DNA from: an uncultured Pseudomonadota bacterium
GTDB taxonomy: Bacteria > Pseudomonadota > Alphaproteobacteria > JACZXZ01
Reading direction: 5' to 3'
Length of the DNA stretch: 64,000 nt
Assembly (NCBI GenBank): GCA_963749075.1
Contig: CAVVLJ010000016.1
Coordinates: 1,314,539-1,378,538, forward strand
The notes beneath the pieces are model-generated. The model worked only from the letters and a program-made list of their open reading frames with translations. It was not told where the DNA came from and searched no databases. How positions within the stretch are numbered: position 1 is the first letter of the stretch; the number at the start of each line of letters is the position of its first letter. The translations under genes and the position numbers were made by a program. Positions 55,727 to 64,000 of this stretch are shown piece after piece.

Positions 55727-57208
55727 GTACCTCTGCACAGTGATTATGACTCGTTGGCTGGGTTTGGGTAAGCGCGGGCCATCTTGTCGCGGGCACGCTC
55801 GGTGGTGAACATCCACTTGACGCGGGCGCCTTCGGCATTTCGCTGGCGCTCCCAGGTGGCGATCTCGGAGACGATCCTCTTGCGCTCGCCGATGCGGCGG
55901 TCGAGGCACTGGCAGCGCAGCACGCCGATCTCGATCTCGACCATGTTGAGCCAGCTGGCGTGCTTGGGAGTGTAATGGAACTCCAGCCGGCGGAGCAGGC
56001 GGTGCGCTTCCGCCGCCGGAAAGGTCTCATAGAGCGCGCCGGGGGAGTGCGTCGAGAGATTGTCCAGAACGAGGCGAATCTTCTCGGCGTGAGGATAGTG
56101 GATATCGACGAGCTCGCGCATGCAGTGGGCGAAGTCGCAGGCCGCGCGATGGTCGGTGACCTTGACCTTGCGCCAGGGGTGGTGGGCGTCGAGGAAGACG
56201 AAGAGGTTGACCGTGCCGTTGCGCCGGTACTCGCAGTCATAGCGCTCAAGCTGCCCTGGCGTTGCCGGGATCGGCTGGCGCACCTCGCCGATGAGCTGGG
56301 TCGGGCTCTCGTCGAAGCACACCACCGGGCGCTTGGGATCGGGGGGCTCGGCGTAGAGGTCGAGCACGTCCTCCATGCGGGCGATATAGGTGCCGTCGAT
56401 CTGGGGAATGCACCACATGTCTTTGCGCCACGGCTTGAGGTGGTTCTCGGCCAGGCGCCGGCGTACCGTCTCGCGCGAGAGGCCCTCATGGGCGGTGAGC
56501 TTGACCATGGCGCCGGCCAGCAGCTCCAGGGTCCAGCGCGCACGGCCTTGGGGTGGGCTGGAGCAGGCGGTCGCCACCAGCAACGCCTCCTCCTTGCCCG
56601 AGAGCTTGCGCCCAGCCCCAGGGCGCGGCTCCTCGCTCAGGGCCGCCTCCAGGTTGCCTTCGACGAAGCGACGCTTGGTCCGATAAACCGTCGAGCCGCC
56701 GACGGCTACGCTCGTGGCAATGGCCTCGTCGCTGGCCCCGGCGTCCGCCGCCAGCAGGATCTGCGCCCGCTTGAGCTTGCGCGCGGCATGCTTGCCCCCG
56801 CTCAGCAGTGCCGTCAGCTCCTCGCGCTCCCCCTGGCTCAGCTCGACCCGGTACCGTACATTCATCGTTGCCCTCCTGTGCTTGAGGGCTCAACAGATGA
56901 ATCAGATGCCGGGCGCTTGTCTCCCCTCTTCCGCACCCAGATTCACCCCCAAGCAGGGGCAGTACCTCGCCTTCATCCACGCCTACACCCTGGTGCTCGG
57001 CCGCCCGCCCGCCGAAGCCGATCTGCAACGCCACTTCCGCGTCACGCCGCCTTCCGTCCACCAGATGATCCTCACCCTCGAGCGCGCAGGCTTGATCCAC
57101 CGCCGACCCGGCGTCGCTCGCAGCATCGAACTGATCGTCGATCCCCAAGCCCTGCCGCCTCTAGACCCAAGTCACGATCAACCCATCAAATTCTCTGTGC
57201 AGAGGTAC
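55727..57208 (-). mobile_element. IS630 family insertion sequence with passenger HTH gene
   Basis: Perfect 14-bp TIR GTACCTCTGCACAG / CTGTGCAGAGGTAC; TA duplication at 55725-55726 and 57209-57210. Confidence 0.95.
55744..56865 (-). CDS. IS630 transposase (intact)
   Basis: VVCFDE, LVLDNLSTH, HYTPKHASWLNMVE (DDE). Confidence 0.96.
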   Translation of the reverse strand: MNVRYRVELSQGEREELTALLSGGKHAARKLKRAQILLAADAGASDEAIATSVAVGGSTVYRTKRRFVEGNLEAALSEEPRPGAGRKLSGKEEALLVATACSSPPQGRARWTLELLAGAMVKLTAHEGLSRETVRRRLAENHLKPWRKDMWCIPQIDGTYIARMEDVLDLYAEPPDPKRPVVCFDESPTQLIGEVRQPIPATPGQLERYDCEYRRNGTVNLFVFLDAHHPWRKVKVTDHRAACDFAHCMRELVDIHYPHAEKIRLVLDNLSTHSPGALYETFPAAEAHRLLRRLEFHYTPKHASWLNMVEIEIGVLRCQCLDRRIGERKRIVSEIATWERQRNAEGARVKWMFTTERARDKMARAYPNPANES

Positions 57209-57211
57209 TAG
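56897..57211 (+). CDS. LexA-N-like winged HTH protein inside IS630
   Basis: FTPKQGQYLAFI...GRPPAEADL...PPSVHQM..TLERAGLI.R.PGVARSI. Confidence 0.8.
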   Translation: MNQMPGACLPSSAPRFTPKQGQYLAFIHAYTLVLGRPPAEADLQRHFRVTPPSVHQMILTLERAGLIHRRPGVARSIELIVDPQALPPLDPSHDQPIKFSVQRY

Positions 57212-57322
57212 CGCGAAAGCGGGGGTCCAGGGCCGATGGATTCCCGCTTTCGCGGGAATGACGACCGGAGCAGCGATTCCACTCGAGTGGGAATCGCCCT
57301 GGCCTGCGGCAGCTGCGGCCGT

Positions 57323-57351
57323 TTGTCTTTGGCGCCGCCGCCAATTATAAT
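57323..57351 (+). promoter_or_regulatory. Sigma70-type promoter of TIR copy 2
   Basis: TTGTCT-17 bp-TATAAT; conserved upstream of copy 3. Confidence 0.75.
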
Positions 57352-57473
57352 GCGACAGCTGCGTCGCAGCGGCGAGGGTGCCATGGCGGAGACTCATCGG
57401 CGTCTCCACCGGCGGCAGCGCCGGGTCAGGCCGCGCGATACGGCAGCAGCAGCGCTGGCACTGAGGGACGCTC

Positions 57474-59453
57474 GTGGCCGACCTCTTCATCAGCTATTCG
57501 CGACAGGACCAGGCCAAGGTCGAGGCGCTGGCGGCCCTCCTCGAGGGCACCGGCTGGTCCGTGTGGTGGGACCGGCGCATCACCACCGGCAGCTCCTTCG
57601 ACCTGGTCATCGAGCAGGCGCTCGCCGAGGCGCACGCCGTCATCGTCGCGTGGTCGCGCCATTCGGTCGGCTCGGACTGGGTGCGCGCCGAGGCGGCCTA
57701 TGCCGTCGACAAGAAGAAGCTGGTGCCGGTGCGCCTCGACGATGCACAGCCGCCGCTGCGCTTCACCAACATCCAGACCGTCGACCTCTCGGCATGGGGC
57801 GGCAGCACCGACTTCGCCGGCTGCCAGAAGCTCATCCACGACCTCTCCCAGTTGCTCGGGCCGCCGCCGGCACCCGGTGCTGCCGCGCGCCCGGCCGAGC
57901 CGGCAGCGGCGGTTCCCGCCGTCAAGCCCGCCGAGGCCGCACCGGTGCCGCTTGCCGTGCCAGCTTCGCCGCCGCCGCGCCCGGCCCGGCGCGGTGCCTT
58001 GGCAGCGGCGGCGCTGGCAGCGGCGGTGCTCATCGGCGGCGGCATCGCCTTCGCCGTGCTGCGCGGCGGCAACGAGCAGGCCCCACCCGCGAAGACCGCG
58101 GTCGCGAGCGCCGCCCCGGCCGCGGCAACGGCAACCGAGGCAAAGGAACCGGCTCCAGCCGCATCTCCCAAGAGCGAGGCCACCGCCAAGAGCGAAACGA
58201 CGGCCAAGAGCGAGACGCCCACGCCGGCGCCGAGCAGCGCGCCGGCAGCGCCAGCCTCTCCGGCAGCCGCCGAAACGCCCGCGGCGAGCGAGACGCCCGC
58301 GCCAGCGCCGAGCGGCACGCCGGCGGCAGCTGCCTCTCCAGCAGCCGCCGAGACAGCCGCGCCGAGCGAAACGCCGGCGCCGGCTCCCTCCCCTGCGACC
58401 GCTGCCGAGCCGGCAGCCGCAGCGAGCGCCGCTCCATCCGCCCCGGCCCCTGCCGCCACCCCTGCCGCCACGCCTGCCCCTGCCGCCGCGGCCGCCACTG
58501 CCGCACCGGCGTCAAGCAATGCGACCGATCGCGAATTCGAGCTGGCGTTCTGGAAATCGATCAGGGAGAGCACGATCCCCGGCGACTTCGAGGCCTATCT
58601 CGCGAAATATCCGAACGGCGAATTCGCCGCCGTGGCGCGCAACCGCATCGCGGCGCTCAAGCCGGCCCCGGCGGCGAGCGCGGCGCCGCCGGCCAAGCCG
58701 GCCGAGGTGGCGAGCGCGGCACCGCCGACCAAGCCGGCCGAGGTGGCGAGCGTAGCACCGCCGGGGAAGCCGGCCCAGGTCGCGAACGTGCCACCGCCGG
58801 CCAAGCCCGGGCCCGAGCTAGAGGTGCTGGACAAGGACATGGTGGCGACGCGCGAGCTGCCGGTCCACGCGGCGCCCGAATTCAGCGCCAAGCGCACCGG
58901 GCATCTCTCCGAGGGCGAGAGCGTGCACGTCACCGGCAAGGTGCGAGACAAGAATTGGTACACCATCAAAGTGAAAGGCGATGCGCTCGCCTATGTAATA
59001 GGGACCGGCCTCGAATTGCCGCAGACCTACCAGGCGCGCAAGGCCAAGGAGCAAGGGGCGGCATCGGCGCCCGTGGCGTCGGCGGAACCGCCTGCTGCGG
59101 CGGGCGCACCGCGCGCCGGCGGCTATGACGGAACGTGGCGCGGCGTCATGTCCTGCGGACCGAGTCCGAACGGCCGGGTCCAGCCGTTCCAGAACGATAT
59201 CCGGCCCTTCACCGTTGCCGGCGGGCAGCTTTCGCTGGAGACCGACGTTCCCGGCTTCAACAACATGGGTGCCCACGAGGTCTATCAGGGCCGCATCGAT
59301 CCGGACGGCACGGTCTCCATCACCGGCAGGGGCACGAACTCGAGGGGCGGCGGCTATTTCATCAGCTTCATGGGCAAGGCGCACAACGGCGTGCTCGACG
59401 CGAGCGGAACCATGGGCATGCGGCAATGCACCCTGGCCTACCGGCGCCAATGA
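57474..59453 (+). CDS. TIR - TM - stalk - helical module - SH3b-like - 2-Cys beta domain receptor-like protein (copy 2)
   Basis: N-terminal part almost identical to copy 1; different tip YDGTWRG..SC...CTLAYRRQ. Confidence 0.9.
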   Translation: MADLFISYSRQDQAKVEALAALLEGTGWSVWWDRRITTGSSFDLVIEQALAEAHAVIVAWSRHSVGSDWVRAEAAYAVDKKKLVPVRLDDAQPPLRFTNIQTVDLSAWGGSTDFAGCQKLIHDLSQLLGPPPAPGAAARPAEPAAAVPAVKPAEAAPVPLAVPASPPPRPARRGALAAAALAAAVLIGGGIAFAVLRGGNEQAPPAKTAVASAAPAAATATEAKEPAPAASPKSEATAKSETTAKSETPTPAPSSAPAAPASPAAAETPAASETPAPAPSGTPAAAASPAAAETAAPSETPAPAPSPATAAEPAAAASAAPSAPAPAATPAATPAPAAAAATAAPASSNATDREFELAFWKSIRESTIPGDFEAYLAKYPNGEFAAVARNRIAALKPAPAASAAPPAKPAEVASAAPPTKPAEVASVAPPGKPAQVANVPPPAKPGPELEVLDKDMVATRELPVHAAPEFSAKRTGHLSEGESVHVTGKVRDKNWYTIKVKGDALAYVIGTGLELPQTYQARKAKEQGAASAPVASAEPPAAAGAPRAGGYDGTWRGVMSCGPSPNGRVQPFQNDIRPFTVAGGQLSLETDVPGFNNMGAHEVYQGRIDPDGTVSITGRGTNSRGGGYFISFMGKAHNGVLDASGTMGMRQCTLAYRRQ

Positions 59454-59489
59454 CGGCATAGCCTGCCGCGCGCGGCCGACGCCGGTTGT

Positions 59490-59518
59490 TTGTCATTGAC
59501 GCGCCCGCCAATTATAAT
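59490..59518 (+). promoter_or_regulatory. Sigma70-type promoter of TIR copy 3
   Basis: TTGTCA-17 bp-TATAAT. Confidence 0.78.
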
Positions 59519-59641
59519 TCCGCCATCCGCGCCGCACCATCGAGGGTCGACATGAGGAGGCTCGCCGACGTCTCCACCGGCCGCAGCGCCGGGTCAGGCG
59601 ACCCGACAAGGCGGCAGCAGCGCCGGCGCTGAGGGAAGCTC

Positions 59642-61687
59642 GTGGCCGACCTCTTCATCAGTTATTCGCGGCAGGACCAGGCCAAGGTCGAGGCGCTGGC
59701 AGCCCTCCTCGAGGGCACCGGCTGGTCCGTATGGTGGGACCGGCGCATCACCACCGGCAGCTCGTTCGACCTGGTCATCGAGCAGGCGCTCGCCGAGGCG
59801 CGCGCGGTCATCGTGGTGTGGTCGCGCCATTCGGTGGGCTCGGACTGGGTACGCGCCGAGGCGGCCTATGCCGTCGACAAGAAGAAGCTGGTGCCGGTGC
59901 GCCTCGACGAAGCGATGCCGCCGCTGCGCTTCACCAACATCCAGACGGTCGATCTCTCGTCATGGCGCGGCGGCACGGATTTCGCCGGCTGCCAGAGGCT
60001 CGTCGCCGATCTCAGCCATCTCATCGGGCCGCCGCCTTCGCCGGGCACGGCGCCATTCGCGGCGATCGCGCAGGCGGCCCAGGCAAGCTCCGGTGCGAGA
60101 GTGTACGGCACGAGCGCGGCGCCGGCGCGGGGCCCATCCTCGCGCCGCGCCGTAACCGCGATCGCGGCCCTGGCCGCCGTGGTCCTCGTCGCCGGAGCCG
60201 TCGCCGTCTTTGCGCTGCGCGGCGGCGGCGAGCAGGCGCCGCCCGCCAAGACGGCCGTTGCGAGCCCGGCTCCGGCCGCGCCGTCGCCCCAGCAAGCTCG
60301 CGAGCCGCCACCCGTGCAAAGCGCCAAGAGCAATGCAGCCCCGGCCAGCCCGCCCGCTGCAGCGGCGAGCGCCCCGCCGCCGGCAGCCGCCCCGAGCCCG
60401 CCTGCCGCGGGCGAGGCGACTGCCGCAAAGAGCGAGACACCGCCGCCAAGCCTCGCCCCGGCGGCGCCAAGCGCTGCCGCCGTGCCGAGCCCGACGCCCT
60501 CTGGGCCGCCGAGCCCTGCCGCGGCACCCGCGAGCGCCGCCGCTCCAAGCCCGGTGCCATCGAGCCCCGCTGCGCCGGCGCCAAGCGTGGCTGCCGTGCC
60601 AAGCCCGGCGCCCTCCCCGGCAGCGAGCCCTGCGCCAGCATCGCCGAGCACAGCGCCCGCGGCGGTCTCCGCAGCCGTTTCCGGCAACGCCGCGCCGCCG
60701 CAGTCACCATCGCCGGCCGCCCCGGCAAGCGCGCCGCCTGCACCTGCTGCCGCAAGCGCAACACCGCCGGCACCGGCACCTCTCCCTGCGTCGAATGCCG
60801 AGGAGGACCGCGAATTCGAGGCCGGCGTTCTGGAAATCGATCAAGGACAGCACGCTCGCCGCCGACTTCGAGGCCTATCTCGCAAAATATCCCAATGGCG
60901 AATTCGTCGCGGTGGCGCGCAACCGCCTCTCGTCCTTGAAGCCGGCGCAGCTGGCAGCGCTCTCCCCGGCGCGTGCCAAGTCCACGCCGGATCTTGACGT
61001 TGACTCGACAATGACATGATCGCGGCGCGCGCGGCGCCGCTGCGCGAGGCGCCCGAGATCGCGGCCAAGCAAGTGGGAAGGCTCAGGGAAGGTGAGCGCG
61101 GGCACGTCGCCGGCAAGGTGAAGAGCGGCGACTGGTACGCCGTCGAGCGCAAGGACGAGGCCATCGCCTATGTGGCGACCGTGGCGCTCGAGGATGCCGC
61201 GGTCTATCAGGCCCGCAAGGACAAGGAGCGGGAGCAGGAGAAGGCGCGGCAGGAGGCGGCGCAGGCTGCGGAAAAGGCCCGCGAGCAGCAGCCTGTGGCG
61301 ACGGCGATGGTGGTCAAGCCGGCAATGCCGGCGGCACCGCAGCCAAGCTCCAAGAATCCCTATGACGGAAGGTGGAGCGGCCTACCGTCGTGCTCGGCGA
61401 GCACGGTCAATAAGTACCCCCCCTTCGAGAGCACGGCTCGCATATTCACCGTGACTGACAACCGGCTCTCGGCCGATATCGAAGTGCCAGGCTACGGCAC
61501 GCCCGGTCACGAGGTCTACGAGGGCCGCGTCAGTACGGACGGCAGCTTCGTTTTACGTGGCGCAGGAGAAAATGCGAGGATCGGAAAATACACGATGCAA
61601 TTCACCGGCAGAATTCAGAACGGTGTCTTGGAAGGAAGCGGCAAGATGGGTTATCGGGAATGCACTTTGCGCTACCAGCGCAAATAA
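59642..61687 (+). CDS. TIR receptor-like protein (copy 3); frameshifts near 60822 and 61003
   Basis: Same TIR. The helical module FWKSIKDS...FEAYLAKYPNGEF is in a second frame; SH3b-like domain and tip YDGRWSG..SC...CTLRYQRK are in ORF 61016-61687. Confidence 0.82.
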
Positions 61688-61849
61688 CGATGGCCTGCCT
61701 GCCGGTGATGCCGGACGCCGCCCTTCACGTTCACGGACGGCCGCATGGGCTACCACGAGTGCACGATGAAGTACCGGCACCAGTGATCGCCCGCGCCGCC
61801 GCGCGTCGCGGCAAAGCCGCGTTGCAGCGGGCGATGGGCCTGGCCCTCC

Positions 61850-62642
61850 TCAGGCGCCGACGACGAGGGTCGAGGAGAGCTGGCGGATCGTCTTGACGAG
61901 CGCCATGGCGACCAGCCGGCCGGTTTTGCGGTTCTCCTCGCTGGGCACGACCTCCTCGCGAAAATCGAAACGGCCGAAGGCGCCCGCGGCAGTCACCTCG
62001 ACCACGTGGTTCGCGATGGACGGATCGGCCACGATGGTGAGGCGCGTGCGCTCGAAGCCGATCCCCGCGAGCGCCACGGCGGCGGCGATATTGACGTTCT
62101 GGGGATAGAGCCGGGCGCCCTCGCGCACCGGCCCGTTGTAGAGCACGGCCGCCGAGACGAGCCGCGCCAGATCGTGGGACAAGGCGGCGGGCGTGCCGTG
62201 CCAGCTCCCGCATCCTTGCGCACGGTGACGTGTACGCTCTCCAGTCCGCCCACCGCTGCGGCGGCAAGGATATCGAGGGCGCCGATCCCGGCCGAGGGCA
62301 GGATGAGCCGGCGTCCGGCGCCCGCGCCGCGGCGAGGAGGCGCTCGAGGAGTGCGGCGTCGGCGAGCGCCCCCACCGAGGTGACGAGGAGGTCGGCGCCC
62401 GCGGCGAGCACGCGCTCGCCATAGGCGGCCAAGGCCGCGTGCCCCGCGCATTCCAGCACGGCGTCGAGGCCGAGGGCGAGGAAGCGCTCCGCATCGTTCA
62501 TGAGCAGCGGCGCTGCGCCGCCGGGCGGCGGCCGGCGGACCAGGGCCGCCGGGACGCCGATGCCCTCGAGCGTGCCGCCAGCGAATGCCGCCGCGACCCG
62601 CCGGCCGATGGCGCCGAAGCCGATGAGGCCGAGCTTTCGCAC
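61850..62642 (-). CDS. L-aspartate dehydrogenase-like oxidoreductase, frameshifted
   Basis: LGLIGFGAIG, VLECAGH, SVGALAD, LYPQNVNIAA, NRKTG, spread over three frames. Confidence 0.8.
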
Positions 62643-62647
62643 CGGGC

Positions 62648-63626
62648 CTAGCCCGCCGGCAGCGCGCCGGCGCGCACGCGGCGTACGCGCAAGCGTTCCA
62701 CCGCGCCGAGGATGCCGCGCGGCATGAAGACGATGAAGATGATCAGCAGAATGCCGTAGATGGTGTTGGCAGCGCCGATGAAGCTGACGCCGAACCACAC
62801 GCGCAGGCCCTCGGTCAAGGCGGTGGTGAAGAAGGGCGCCCACCGTGGGACCGAGCATGCTGTACATGCCGCCCGCGATGGCGGCGAAGACGATCTGCAG
62901 GGAGACGCTGATGCCGGAGACCGTTTCCGGGTTGAGGTACATGAGATACTGCGCATAGATGGAGCCGCCGAGCGCGGTCAGCACGGCACTTATCACGGTG
63001 ACGCGCAGCTTCTCGCGCAGCACGTCGATGCCGACCGCGGCGGCGGCGTCCTCGTTCCTCGGAGATCGCCTCGAGAGCCTCGCGTCCGATGCCGCGGTCG
63101 AGCCGGCGCCACACCGCGAGGCCGGCGAGCCAGAGCACCAGGCTGACGCCGTAGAAATATCCCTTCTCGGGAAACTGCAGCGCGTACCAGGAATGGCCGG
63201 CGAGCTTCGGCGTCATGCCGAGCGAGCCGCCGGTCACGTCGCGCGCCGCGATGATGCTGAGCATCACCACCTGGCTGAGCGCCAGCGTCACGAGCGCGAA
63301 TAGTGACCCACCACCTTGAGGCGGAAGCAGGGATAGCCGATGACGAGTGCCAGGAGTGCCGCGAGCAGCATGCCGAGCGGCATGCTGAGCCACGGCGTGA
63401 TGCCCGCATAGTTCCACAGCAGCCCCGGAACATAGGCGCCGATGCCCATGAAGGCGCCGTGCCCCAGCGAGACGAAGCCGAAGCGGCCCATGATCGACCA
63501 GGCGGTATAGATGAAGCCCCAAATGAGGACCAGGATGGCGAGGTGGAGGAAATAGACGGGCGTCACCGCGGGCAGGGCCACGAGGACCGCGAGGCCGAGC
63601 AAGGCCGCTCCGTGCTTCCCCCTCAT
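62648..63626 (-). CDS. Branched-chain amino-acid ABC permease (LivM-like), frameshifted
   Basis: VSLGHGAFMGIGAY, IAGGMYSMLGP, FMPRGI in successive frames. Confidence 0.82.
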
Positions 63627-64000
63627 CGCGCGAGTATCCCGCGCGGCCGCGCGAACATGAGCACGATGAAGAAGGTGAAGGCGAGCACGTAGGCGAGCTC
63701 GGTCGAGGAGTAGCCGCCGATCGAGATGATCTCGGCGATCACGAACGCCGCGACGAAGCCGCCGATCATGTTGCCGAGGCCGCCCAGCACGCAGATCATG
63801 AAGATGATCGGTCCGAACGTCTGGCCGATGAACGGCTGCACGTCGTATTGCAGCGAGAGCAGGCAGGCGCCGAGGCCGGCGAGCGCGCCGCCGATCGCTG
63901 ACGTGATGACGTAGACACGGCGGCTGGTCCACGCCCATCAGCGCCATGATCTGGCGGTCTTGCGCGATCGCGCGGATCGCGGTGCCGACATAGGTGCGCT
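63623..64000 (-). CDS. Branched-chain amino-acid ABC permease (LivH-like), partial
   Basis: VLGGLGNMIG, RPRGIL; runs off the window end. Confidence 0.82.

Larger units (their letters stand above)
54607..57301. mobile_element. Nested composite: outer IR element > REP pair > MITE > palindrome doublet, plus IS5 and IS630
   Basis: Outer imperfect IR 54607-54642 / 57263-57301. REP halves at 54643 and 57212-57262. The inner 30-bp IR at 54647-54676 matches 54886-54900 joined to 57211-57225 once both IS are removed. Confidence 0.7.

Noticed and set aside
59551-59631. Leader peptide upstream of TIR copy 3
   Set aside because: The homologous ATG in the copy 2 leader opens a different frame, so the peptide is not conserved.
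53280-60800. CRISPR array or DGR template/variable repeats among the TIR paralogs
   Set aside because: The repeats are in-frame coding. There is no repeat-spacer pattern, no adenine-specific mismatch pattern, and no cas or reverse transcriptase gene in the window.
60800-64000. Cluster of pseudogenes (TIR copy 3, dehydrogenase, LivM, LivH)
   Set aside because: Many small indels with otherwise intact motifs suggest poor consensus quality. Real decay cannot be excluded without reads.

Overview
High-GC alphaproteobacterial chromosome segment, Rhodospirillales-like by gene order (inference). The backbone is tRNA-Lys, cyclophilin, coaD, gyrA, ssb, uvrA, marC, ugpBAEC and trmFO, interleaved with accessory blocks: a signal-peptide-less S8 protease with a 772-aa membrane partner, an Oxc/HACL-like ThDP enzyme with an Frc-like CoA transferase, an IclR-regulated amino-acid uptake/aminotransferase operon, two toxin-antitoxin loci, and a copper-chaperone/ferritin-like/HpnL-like cluster. 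The best candidate for an undescribed system is at 52.6-61.7 kb: three tandem receptor-like proteins, each TIR - TM - Pro/Ala stalk - helical module - SH3b-like - variable Cys-containing tip. The TIR domains are near-identical and the tips are swapped, as in a Toll-like receptor array. Between copies 1 and 2 lies a six-layer nest of mobile DNA: three nested repeat/MITE layers, a palindrome doublet, IS5, and an IS630 carrying a LexA-like HTH gene. Several frameshifts (gyrA, ugpC, an OMP, and many after 60.8 kb) look like consensus errors. All product calls come from motif recognition by eye; no searches were run.
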